IMG/VR virus record: IMGVR_UViG_3300045919_000097
Span: 900 to 64,899 of that record
Origin: a virus
Taxonomy: Duplodnaviria > Caudoviricetes
Direction: 5' to 3' (one strand)
Length of the DNA: 64,000 nt
A model generated the notes under the pieces. The model was not told where the DNA came from, made no database searches, and saw only the letters and a list, made by a program, of their open reading frames with translations. How positions within the stretch are numbered: the first letter of the stretch is position 1; the number at the start of each line of letters is the position of its first letter. Of this stretch, positions 19,598-28,393 are shown piece by piece. Made by a program: the position numbers and the translations under genes.

Positions 19598-20164
19598 ATG
19601 AGCGCCACAAGTGCACCCTTCGGGCTGCGTCCGTCATACCACCCTTCTGGGCTGGATCGGGCGCGCGAGTACAACATGGCCGCATCCTATGCAACGCCTA
19701 TCTACAAAGGTAGTCCCGTTGCGTTGGTCGGCAACCTGATCAATATCGCCGCATTCCAGACGGATTGGCTAGGTTCTTTTGCCGGTGTTACTTACACCGA
19801 CGTCACTGGCAAACCTACCGTGACCAATTTCTGGCCCGGTGCTTTGACTGGTGCAACGGCTATCACTGCATGGGTCTTTGATGATCCTCTGACGGTGTTT
19901 GCCATCCAGGCCAACGGTTCCATTGCAGCTAACTTGATCGGACGTCAGATTGACTTCGATTCTGGTAGCATCGCATCTGGCAGCACGTCTACTGGATTGA
20001 GCACTGCCATGGCAGCTTCTGCTGTTTTGTCAGCGACTACCCAAGGTCAGTTGTCCATTGTGGACTATGACCTCGCCCCGACCAACACTCCTGGTGATGC
20101 ATTCACCGTGCTGATGGTTCGGAATGCACGCAGCCAGATGGTTGCCAACAAGGTCTCTGTCTAA
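19598..20164 (+). CDS. head decoration / minor capsid protein
   Basis: MSATSAPFGLRP...IYKGSPV...VFDDP; immediately upstream of MCP. Confidence 0.65.
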   Translation: MSATSAPFGLRPSYHPSGLDRAREYNMAASYATPIYKGSPVALVGNLINIAAFQTDWLGSFAGVTYTDVTGKPTVTNFWPGALTGATAITAWVFDDPLTVFAIQANGSIAANLIGRQIDFDSGSIASGSTSTGLSTAMAASAVLSATTQGQLSIVDYDLAPTNTPGDAFTVLMVRNARSQMVANKVSV

Positions 20165-20169
20165 GGAGC

Positions 20170-21201
20170 ATGACCATGAAATTCTTCAAAACACTCATGG
20201 CCTCCATAGCCACCTTGTTTGCCGGCATTGGCGAACGCATTCACGCCGCCGTCTTTGGTTACATGGGAAGCATGGGACTTGTCCTGTTTGCAGCTCCCAT
20301 GCGTTCCAACGACTTCCGCGCCATTGTGGAGCCTATCCTCAATGAAGCGTTTGACGGCGTGTACGACCAGCGCAAAGATGAATGGAAGCAGGTCTTTAAG
20401 GACCGAGACGGCATTCCGCGTGCTTACCATGAAGAACCAGTAATGTACGGTTTTGGTGTTGCGCCCCAGCTGCCTGACGGCCAAGCTGTGACGTATCAGC
20501 AAGGCGGTATCCTGTTCAATCAGCGTTACTACTACCAAGTGTTTGGCCTGGCATACGCCCTGACCAAGGTCCTGGTTGAAGACGGTGATCACATCCGCAT
20601 CGGTCGTATCTTTGCTGAGCATCTGGCACAATCCCTGGTTGAAACCCAGGAAACCCTGGCTGCCAACATCCTGAACCGCGCATTTACTTCCACCTTCACT
20701 GGTGGCGATGGCGTGTCTCTGGTTAGCACGGCTCACCCCATTGTGGGTGGTACGTTCAGCAATCAGTTGTCCAATGCAGCTGCACTGAGCCAGACATCTC
20801 TGGAACAGATGCTGATCCAGATCCGCAAGGCAGTTGACAACACCGGCAAGAAGATCCGTCTGGAACCCAAGAAACTTGTGGTTGCTCCTGACAACGTCTT
20901 CCAGGCTGAAGTGCTGCTCAAGTCTGTACTGCGTGCAGGCACCATGAACAACGACATCAACCCTATCAAGTCCATGGGTGTTCTCGATGGTGATGCTGCT
21001 GTTCTGAGCCGTTTGACTTCGGCTTCTGCATGGTGGATCCAAACCAACGCACCGCGTGGCCTTAGCATGCTGATGCGCCGCCGCTTGGAAAAGAGCATGG
21101 AAGGTGACTTTGAGACCGATTCGATGCGGTACAAGGCTACCATGCGCTACATTCCAGGTTGGACTGATCCACGCGCTGCTTACGGCACTCCAGGGATCTA
21201 A
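20170..21201 (+). CDS. major capsid protein with ~40-aa N-terminal leader
   Basis: APMRSNDFRAIVEPILN...HPIVGG...GDFETDSMRYKATMRY...DPRAAYGTPG; strong AAGGAG RBS; terminator follows. Confidence 0.9.
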   Translation: MTMKFFKTLMASIATLFAGIGERIHAAVFGYMGSMGLVLFAAPMRSNDFRAIVEPILNEAFDGVYDQRKDEWKQVFKDRDGIPRAYHEEPVMYGFGVAPQLPDGQAVTYQQGGILFNQRYYYQVFGLAYALTKVLVEDGDHIRIGRIFAEHLAQSLVETQETLAANILNRAFTSTFTGGDGVSLVSTAHPIVGGTFSNQLSNAAALSQTSLEQMLIQIRKAVDNTGKKIRLEPKKLVVAPDNVFQAEVLLKSVLRAGTMNNDINPIKSMGVLDGDAAVLSRLTSASAWWIQTNAPRGLSMLMRRRLEKSMEGDFETDSMRYKATMRYIPGWTDPRAAYGTPGI

Positions 21202-21217
21202 TCCAGTCGTCAGAACC

Positions 21218-21251
21218 AAAAGCTGCGCAGTCTCAGGGTTGCGCAGCTTTT
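21218..21251 (+). terminator. Rho-independent terminator after MCP
   Basis: AAAAGCTGCGCA...TGCGCAGCTTTT. Confidence 0.8.
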
Positions 21252-21267
21252 CACATAGGAGCCAAAC

Positions 21268-22455
21268 ATGCTTTCAGTCACATCCGGCCCGACCATTGCG
21301 TCTGGCAACACAAATCCGGTTCAGAATGCCGAACCTGATCAAGGACCCAGCCTGACATTCCAGGGCGCTGGTCTTACTGATCCTCGTTACGTTGCCAACA
21401 TTGGCGGCGCACCTGGGACAAAAATCTATGGCCTGTATGCCAATTCTTACTTGGTCAGCACTGATGCACTTCCGGTGACTCTGGCTACCAACAAGATTGC
21501 TGCAGCCCAAGCAACAACCTTGAACGTTCCAATGACATTGGCTTCTGCGCAAACAGCTGGTGTTGCGCCTTTGATTCCAGTCCTTCCGTTTGGGTCACCT
21601 CCCATTGCGGCAAGCTTGGTGAACACCGTTGCGCTGGACTTTGGATTCACGGTTGGTAACACTGCAAGCAACAAGACTCTGACCATCCCGGCAGGTGCTT
21701 GGCGGTTCTTCTACAGCGGTCAGCGCATTTGCATTGCTGGTGCAAACGGTGCTAGTGCTGCTCCATTGTTTACCACAGTGGCTGCAGCTGTTGTGCCAGG
21801 AACCACCACCATCACGCTGGCTGATGCTGCAACGGCAACTTCCAGCAATTGCGCCATTGGTTCTGCTCATCCAACGCTGAATGCTGTATGGCCATTTGTT
21901 CAGGCAGGTCAAAGCATCACGTTGTTTGATCCGACTCAAGGTATCTGCCGCGCGGTGTCTGTGGTTGGTATTGCAGGTTCTACTGCTGGTAACTACACTG
22001 TTCGTGGATACGACGTGTGGGGTGTTCCAATGACTGAAGTGCTTGCTTTTGCTGGTGGTGCAACTACTGTCAGCGGAAAGAAAGCCTTCAAGCACATTGT
22101 CAGCGTGACGCCTTCAGTGTCTTCTGCCAACAGTATTGCCGTGGGTACTCTGGATGTCATTGGGATCAACTTCCGAGCTGACTTCTGGGAATACATGGAC
22201 ATCTTCATGGCTGGATCGTTTGTGACAGCAAGTACTGGATGGACTGTGGCTGACGTTTCAACGCCGACTGGAACAACCGGCGACGTGCGTGGAACTTATG
22301 CACTGCAGACTGCGTCAAACTTTGACGGCACCGTGGCCAACTGGCCTACCAGCCGCCGGTTGGCAATGTTCAGTTCGCTGCCAATTTTCAACAGCATCAA
22401 TGCAACCAACTTGAACTTTGCATCGCTGTTTGGCAACACTCAGTTTGCTGGTTAA
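21268..22455 (+). CDS. virion structural protein
   Basis: Beta-rich; VRGYDVWGVPMTE...GKKAFK...GDVRGTY; follows MCP. Confidence 0.65.
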   Translation: MLSVTSGPTIASGNTNPVQNAEPDQGPSLTFQGAGLTDPRYVANIGGAPGTKIYGLYANSYLVSTDALPVTLATNKIAAAQATTLNVPMTLASAQTAGVAPLIPVLPFGSPPIAASLVNTVALDFGFTVGNTASNKTLTIPAGAWRFFYSGQRICIAGANGASAAPLFTTVAAAVVPGTTTITLADAATATSSNCAIGSAHPTLNAVWPFVQAGQSITLFDPTQGICRAVSVVGIAGSTAGNYTVRGYDVWGVPMTEVLAFAGGATTVSGKKAFKHIVSVTPSVSSANSIAVGTLDVIGINFRADFWEYMDIFMAGSFVTASTGWTVADVSTPTGTTGDVRGTYALQTASNFDGTVANWPTSRRLAMFSSLPIFNSINATNLNFASLFGNTQFAG

Positions 22456-22476
22456 AGTGTCCAGGAGACTTTCCAC

Positions 22477-23487
22477 ATGGCTACAGCACCGACTACATCG
22501 GGCACTGTTGGTACAACTGTTTTTGACGTCACAACGCTCATAGAGCATGGGTTTCGTCGGGCAGGCAAGTTGCCGTCTACAGTGTCAGGTGAGTTGTTGC
22601 TGGCAGCCAAGGAAAGTCTCTTTCTTTTTCTGACATCACTTGTCAGCCAAGGCGTCAGCCTTTGGTGCATCAAGAAAAGTGTCATTCCGCTTGTCATAAA
22701 CCAGCTTCAGTATGGTCTCCCACCAGGTGCCACAAACATCCTGGGATTGAGTTACCGCACTGATACCACACTTACACCTGCAAGTTCCATTTCAGGTGCT
22801 GGTTACAGTGGACAGTTCTTTGCTTCTGCGGTTATCCCCACAAACGTCCAGATCAAGCTGGCAGTGGCCGCAACTCCACAACTTGTGGTCGAATATTCAA
22901 ACGACAACATCACTTGGACGCAGGTTGCTGCCTTCGACTACCAGCAGTCTCAGCTGCCCGCAGGAACCTCTCTGGCTGAAGACATTGAGAACTCAGCTTC
23001 TGCGACTTACTGGCGCGTCAGAGATACATCTGGGACCCTAGCTACGTTGTCCTCAATAGTCTTTAGTAACGCACCTTCTGAGATCCCGATGACTGCGTTC
23101 AATCGGGACGATTACTACAGCCTGCCCAACAAGACATTCCAATCCAGCCGAAGCCTTCAGTACTGGTTTGACAAGCAAATCAACCCAGTTTTGTGGTTGT
23201 GGCCAGTGCCAAATACACCAGATCAGATTGTGGCGCAATACCAACGCCAGATCCAAGATATTGGAACCTTCACAAATACTGTTGAGGCTCCACAACGCTG
23301 GTACGAGTACATCACCTGTGAAATGGCAGTACGCTGCGCACTTGAAATGCCTCCGGCAGAATTGCCACAAGGGCGTCTTGAGTACCTGACCGTAATGGCA
23401 TCTACGCAACTTGATATTGCAGCAGCTGGTGAAACTGATGGGGCTCCAATAAAGATCCAGCCAAACCTTAGGGGATACACAAGATGA
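22477..23487 (+). CDS. head-tail adaptor-like protein with inserted discoidin-like domain
   Basis: TSGT..FD...IEHGFRRAG, NRDDYYSLPNK, LWPVP, PQRWY; central VEYSNDNITWT...YWRV insert. Confidence 0.65.
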   Translation: MATAPTTSGTVGTTVFDVTTLIEHGFRRAGKLPSTVSGELLLAAKESLFLFLTSLVSQGVSLWCIKKSVIPLVINQLQYGLPPGATNILGLSYRTDTTLTPASSISGAGYSGQFFASAVIPTNVQIKLAVAATPQLVVEYSNDNITWTQVAAFDYQQSQLPAGTSLAEDIENSASATYWRVRDTSGTLATLSSIVFSNAPSEIPMTAFNRDDYYSLPNKTFQSSRSLQYWFDKQINPVLWLWPVPNTPDQIVAQYQRQIQDIGTFTNTVEAPQRWYEYITCEMAVRCALEMPPAELPQGRLEYLTVMASTQLDIAAAGETDGAPIKIQPNLRGYTR

Positions 23488-23714
23488 GCTTGTATTTGAA
23501 CACCCTTGGCAAATCTGAGCTTACAATTGCTGTTTGTGACCGTTGCAAAATGAAGCGGAGCATTACTGACCTGATCAGTGACCCAAATGCCACCGGTCTT
23601 CGTGTTTGTGTTTTTGGTTGTGTAGACGACCTTGATCCTTGGCGTTTGCCGCCTCGTGCAGCAGACAAAATCACAGTTCAATATCCCCGTCCAGATGAGC
23701 CTTTGACTGCTTGA
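23484..23714 (+). CDS. small Zn-ribbon protein
   Basis: CDRC...VCVFGC...PRPD. Confidence 0.7.
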   Translation: MSLYLNTLGKSELTIAVCDRCKMKRSITDLISDPNATGLRVCVFGCVDDLDPWRLPPRAADKITVQYPRPDEPLTA

Positions 23715-23731
23715 CGGGTTAGGAGGTTGCC

Positions 23732-24049
23732 ATGCGCCCAGTTAACAGAACAATCACTACCATCACTGCTGATGTGTGGGTCCCACTGGATGTCACTCAG
23801 AATCCATTTCTCTGCCAGGTAGGTTGCCGCAATCTTGGCGGTGCCACGTATCAAGTGGATTACACTTACGATGATCCGTTTGATGCAGTCAATGCACCAG
23901 TGGTATTTGGCCAGTTGACTAACATGCCAGCAGGTTCAACAACTAGCAAAGATCAAACGCTGACTGGCGCAGTCCGTGCAGTGCGGCTTAACGTGACTGT
24001 GGCAGGTTCTGGCGTCAAGATGACGGTCATTCAAGGCCTTGGTCTGTGA
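23732..24049 (+). CDS. hypothetical virion protein
   Basis: AGGAGG RBS; YQVDYTYDDPF...RAVRLN. Confidence 0.65.
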   Translation: MRPVNRTITTITADVWVPLDVTQNPFLCQVGCRNLGGATYQVDYTYDDPFDAVNAPVVFGQLTNMPAGSTTSKDQTLTGAVRAVRLNVTVAGSGVKMTVIQGLGL

Positions 24050-24053
24050 CCTC

Positions 24054-27000
24054 ATGCAAAAGTATTTTAACACCGTAGACACGATCAGTGGTCCTGTTGT
24101 CTCCGGAGTATCAGTACTTGTAGGGTCCTATCCAGGAGGATCCACTGCGTCTCTGTTTGCTGACGCTGCTGGTACAATTCCGCTTTCAAATCCAGTATTC
24201 ACAGATTCTACCGGATACTTTGAGTTTTATGCTGCAAGCGGTCATTACATCTTGACGCTAAGCGGCCACGGCATTGGTACCAGGGTCATAAATGACATAT
24301 TGCTAGAAGACCCCACGATAAACCTTGCTGTTGGCGGTAGCACACCGGCCCCGGGAACAGTATTAGATATTCAAGGCACAACTGGTGCACTGAAACTTCC
24401 ATCTTTAACTACGGCGCAAAAGAATGCGCTTGTCAATGTTGGTGGTGGAATTCTGTGGGACAACACTTTAGGAACAGCACAAATCAATGACGGTACTGGT
24501 TGGGCGTCTATAGCACCAAACTGGGCGTCTCCAGGAGCCATTGGTAGTATCACTCCGAACACTGGAGTATTCACAACACTACGCGCGAATGGCGCGGCAG
24601 CAACCCCAGCTATTTCAGTAGGCGGCGCTGCATTTGTTGGGTGGAACAATGCCAACTGGCAAGTGATCGACTACGGTAATTACGGTGCTGTAGCAGGTTC
24701 TTTAAGCACTAGTAGTCTTTTTGTTCTTTCAAATGCTTATAGTGATGGAACAACCAAATACAAGGTTTCAGGTTTTGCTCACATATTGGCGCTTTCTCTA
24801 ACTTCAGGTGCATCTACTTTAAGTGCCTACGCTTCAGGTATTTCCGGCGGCACTTTGGGAGTTCCGACAAGCCAATTAGCTGTTAATCAAACAACTATAG
24901 CTTCCAATATTAACGGCACAACAGTTACATCAGTTTCCTCCACAGGCCTAGCAGTAACAGGCACGTTTAGTGCTAGTGGTGTAGTAACTGCGCAAGGTAA
25001 TGCTGGTGCTGGTGGTTTTGTAGCGGCAACAAGTGCATTTAGTGCTGGCTCTGTAAATTACTACGGCACGGATAACAGCGGAAATAGTTACATCAATACG
25101 CCAACGACAAAAAGTGGCTACTTGAATGTAAACAACACACCTGTAGTCCAGTGGTCATCTACCGGCCTAGCAGTAACAGGTGCGCTTAGTGCTACTGGTA
25201 CATTAAATGGCCTATTGAGCCTTACAGGGACAACTGGATGGAGTGGAACAGGCATTGCCTCAACTGGTGGAAATTATGCCTTTGCTGTAAATGATTCCGC
25301 TAGCTCTACATTTGGAGCATGTAGTTCGTATGCTATGGTTATCAGTGCAGCAGCTACTCGCAACATTGAATTTAACATTGGTGTAAATAACAAAGTAGCC
25401 ACCCTAGACACCAGCGGCAACCTTGGTCTTGGTGTTACTCCTAGTGCTTGGTTCGGTGCCTCTGGTGCAAATGGCAAAACTTTGCAGGGTGATAGTTGGG
25501 GTATTGCATCTACCACAGGATTAGATACCACTGTTTATGTAAATAATGCAAGGGCTACTGCTTACGGAAGTGCTGGTTCTGCTTTTTGGGTTTACCGTGC
25601 ATCGTCTGGCGCAGCTTCTTACGCACAAACTGCAGGAATACATTCTTGGCTCACAGCCCCATCAGGAACAGCAGGTAACGCAATCACTTGGACGCAAGCG
25701 ATGACGCTAGACGCCAGCGGCAATCTTGGCATTGGAGTTACTCCTGCTGATCTAACAAATAACTTCAAGTCATTTTGGTTGAATGGAACTGTTCAGTACG
25801 CAAACGGTCCAAACAATTTATCAATCGGAACCAACATTAAAGGTCCAGTTGATGCAGGCGGCGAGGCTGGGACGTACAACGTAAGTGCTGCCTCTACTAG
25901 ATACAAACAGTCTTCAGGTATTCATTATTGGTTCACGGCGGCGTCTGGAACCGCTGGTAACGCGATTACTTGGACGCAAGCAATGACGCTGGATAACTCC
26001 GGCAATCTCGGCCTTGGTGTTACTCCTAGTGCTTGGGGTAGTGGTTACTCCGCAATACAACTAAATGGAGGGGCAATTGACAGTCCAAATTCTACAATCT
26101 TTGACGTAAGGTGCAACAGCTTCTATAACGGAACGCAGGAAATCTACCGCACTGCAGGGTTTGCGACGTTATATAGAAGTACCTTAGGTATACACCAATG
26201 GTTTAATGCTCCTTCCGGCACAGCAGGCACGGCGATAACCTTCACACAAGCGATGACGCTAGATGCTAGCGGAAATTTGGGTGTGGGGGTTACTCCTAGT
26301 GCTTGGGTAGGCGGATTTAAAGCATTAGAGTTTAGTGGGGGCGCTTCTTTTTCTGCTACTGGTAATGGGCCATATATGATTGCAAATGCGACGTATATTG
26401 GCGCAGGAGTTTGGACATATAAAACTACTAATCCATCAAGCCAATATTATCAAGCCGGTGGAGTTCATATTTGGCTAAGTGCCCCTTCTGGTACTGCGGG
26501 AACTACAGCAACCTATACACAAGCAATGCTGCTGGATGCCAGCGGCAATCTCGGCCTTAACTCAACTCCTTCTACTCTGACAAATAATTGGAGGCAGATA
26601 ACTTTACAGGGAGTCACATTTAATTCAAACGGAATTAACAATTTAATTATTGCAACAAATACCACTGGTGACGTAGGTGGAACTTTAAATTATGGGTCAA
26701 CAAATCCATCTGCTTATTATCAACAAACTGTGGGGCTTCATAGATGGTACAACGCTCCCTCCGGTACAGCAGGTAATCCGATAACTTGGACGCAAGCAAT
26801 GACGCTGGACGCATCCGGCAATTTGCAGCTTGGAATTACGACCAATCCCGGAAGTTTCTACCGTCAAGTAATTTCTGGTGATTTTGGTGTCCACACGACA
26901 AACGATACTGCCGGTGTAACACAAATAAAGATGGGTGTCAGCACGTCAATGCCGCAAGGTATTGCGTCTATTGTTGCAACAAAAACTGCGGTTGGGGCTG

Positions 27001-28199
27001 GGACTCTGGCATTCGGCACAGCAGTTGGCGGGACATTGACAACCCAGATGACCCTAGATGCCAGCGGCAACCTCGGCCTTGGTGTTACTCCTAGTGCTTG
27101 GAGCAATTACAAAGCAATAGAAACCGTTGGCGGCTCGTTAAATACTGTCAGCTCTGGAATTATAAACGTAACTCAAAATGCCTATAACAATGGCACAAAT
27201 TGGATATATAAAACTACGGCGCCAGCTTCAATAGCAAATCAAACTGCTGGGCAACATATTTTATATACAGCCCCATCTGGCACAGCAGGTAACGCGATAA
27301 CTTTCACGCAACAGTTATCACTGTCTTCTACGGCGCTTACTGTAACGCCAAATATTGTTGGCAACACTGCAACAGCCACAGTAGGAACAGATACAACCGC
27401 ACTTGCAAGCACCGCCTTTGTGCATCAAGAGGCTCCGCAACTATTTGCACAGCTTCAAGTAACTGGCCTTCCCGGAGTTGGTAGCATCGGTTTAGCGGCC
27501 TCAATCCCAAGAATTGATTTTAGAAACAATACTCCTGCCGGTACGCGGATAACGGTTTTTAACCCAAGCATAGCATTCTTCCCATCAATAGATAACAGCA
27601 CGTATGGTGCACCGATTGTGGCTGGCACATATAATGTGCGGCTCACCATTCTTGCGTTATACAACGCTGGAACAGTTACTGGCGGATTGGTGAATGGACT
27701 TCTTGTTGATGAAGGCACACTAGTAAATACAACAATATCATCGCCATCTAATAATTCTGCCGGTGTTATTTACTCTCAATCTGCGCTGACCAATGTACCT
27801 TTTCGCATACTTGGATATGTGGATTTAACCTATCAATTCCCAGGGGCACCTCCTTGGCAGGCGGTTGTTGCGGTTATACCCGCTGGTATCACTGGTTTTG
27901 GGCTTGGAGTATCGCAGGACTGGAGCGTGGTAACTGGCTCTAGGTCATTAAATCCGGCAACGCCATTCTGGAATGGTACCGGTCGGCCTATTGAAGTGGT
28001 AGCGTCAGTGACGTGTAGTGCTGCCGGTGTAAATGCTGCTACTGCAATAGTCAACGGAGTAACTATTGCTTCTTGCGCAATTGGAACTGCTGCGGCAGCA
28101 TTTCAAAATACGTTGCGGTTCACGGTGCCGAGCGGGCGCTCATATCAGGTTAATACAACTGCAGCATCCGTATTGAATCTTTGGAGCGAACTCCGCTAA
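24054..28199 (+). CDS. long modular tail fibre
   Basis: Repeated APSGTAGxAITxTQAMTLDASGNLGxGVTPSAW linkers; C-terminal QDWSVVTGSRS...NGTGRPIEV...FTVPSGRSY tip domain. Confidence 0.85.
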   Translation: MQKYFNTVDTISGPVVSGVSVLVGSYPGGSTASLFADAAGTIPLSNPVFTDSTGYFEFYAASGHYILTLSGHGIGTRVINDILLEDPTINLAVGGSTPAPGTVLDIQGTTGALKLPSLTTAQKNALVNVGGGILWDNTLGTAQINDGTGWASIAPNWASPGAIGSITPNTGVFTTLRANGAAATPAISVGGAAFVGWNNANWQVIDYGNYGAVAGSLSTSSLFVLSNAYSDGTTKYKVSGFAHILALSLTSGASTLSAYASGISGGTLGVPTSQLAVNQTTIASNINGTTVTSVSSTGLAVTGTFSASGVVTAQGNAGAGGFVAATSAFSAGSVNYYGTDNSGNSYINTPTTKSGYLNVNNTPVVQWSSTGLAVTGALSATGTLNGLLSLTGTTGWSGTGIASTGGNYAFAVNDSASSTFGACSSYAMVISAAATRNIEFNIGVNNKVATLDTSGNLGLGVTPSAWFGASGANGKTLQGDSWGIASTTGLDTTVYVNNARATAYGSAGSAFWVYRASSGAASYAQTAGIHSWLTAPSGTAGNAITWTQAMTLDASGNLGIGVTPADLTNNFKSFWLNGTVQYANGPNNLSIGTNIKGPVDAGGEAGTYNVSAASTRYKQSSGIHYWFTAASGTAGNAITWTQAMTLDNSGNLGLGVTPSAWGSGYSAIQLNGGAIDSPNSTIFDVRCNSFYNGTQEIYRTAGFATLYRSTLGIHQWFNAPSGTAGTAITFTQAMTLDASGNLGVGVTPSAWVGGFKALEFSGGASFSATGNGPYMIANATYIGAGVWTYKTTNPSSQYYQAGGVHIWLSAPSGTAGTTATYTQAMLLDASGNLGLNSTPSTLTNNWRQITLQGVTFNSNGINNLIIATNTTGDVGGTLNYGSTNPSAYYQQTVGLHRWYNAPSGTAGNPITWTQAMTLDASGNLQLGITTNPGSFYRQVISGDFGVHTTNDTAGVTQIKMGVSTSMPQGIASIVATKTAVGAGTLAFGTAVGGTLTTQMTLDASGNLGLGVTPSAWSNYKAIETVGGSLNTVSSGIINVTQNAYNNGTNWIYKTTAPASIANQTAGQHILYTAPSGTAGNAITFTQQLSLSSTALTVTPNIVGNTATATVGTDTTALASTAFVHQEAPQLFAQLQVTGLPGVGSIGLAASIPRIDFRNNTPAGTRITVFNPSIAFFPSIDNSTYGAPIVAGTYNVRLTILALYNAGTVTGGLVNGLLVDEGTLVNTTISSPSNNSAGVIYSQSALTNVPFRILGYVDLTYQFPGAPPWQAVVAVIPAGITGFGLGVSQDWSVVTGSRSLNPATPFWNGTGRPIEVVASVTCSAAGVNAATAIVNGVTIASCAIGTAAAAFQNTLRFTVPSGRSYQVNTTAASVLNLWSELR
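25400..27310 (+). repeat. dispersed direct repeats separating tail-fibre modules
   Basis: GGCAAyCTyGGyCTTGGTGTTACTCCTAGTGCTTGG and related ACGCAAGCrATGACGCTrGA recur about every 270-310 bp. Confidence 0.85.
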
Positions 28200-28204
28200 C
28201 CACC

Positions 28205-28393
28205 ATGAAAAAAGTACAGTTACTTCTGCTGATACTACTTTCTGGGTGCGCAAGTAGCCCACACACATCCACTCTCATTGCATGCGACCCGTTTTGCTTT
28301 TTGCAGGTTAGTCCGCCAAAGCGCAAAGTTGATTGTCTTGTCATTGATGGCAAAGACCTGAAAGAATGCCAATTTTCTAAGGAGGCTAACTAA
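28205..28393 (+). CDS. small lipoprotein
   Basis: MKKVQLLLLILLSG|C lipobox; four further Cys. Confidence 0.7.
   Translation: MKKVQLLLLILLSGCASSPHTSTLIACDPFCFLQVSPPKRKVDCLVIDGKDLKECQFSKEAN

Noticed and set aside
20161-21219. Long antisense ORFs (e.g. 352 aa opposite MCP; also 42203..42973, 4432..5067, 15117..15722)
   Set aside because: Shadow frames of well-supported genes; no RBS or recognisable motifs
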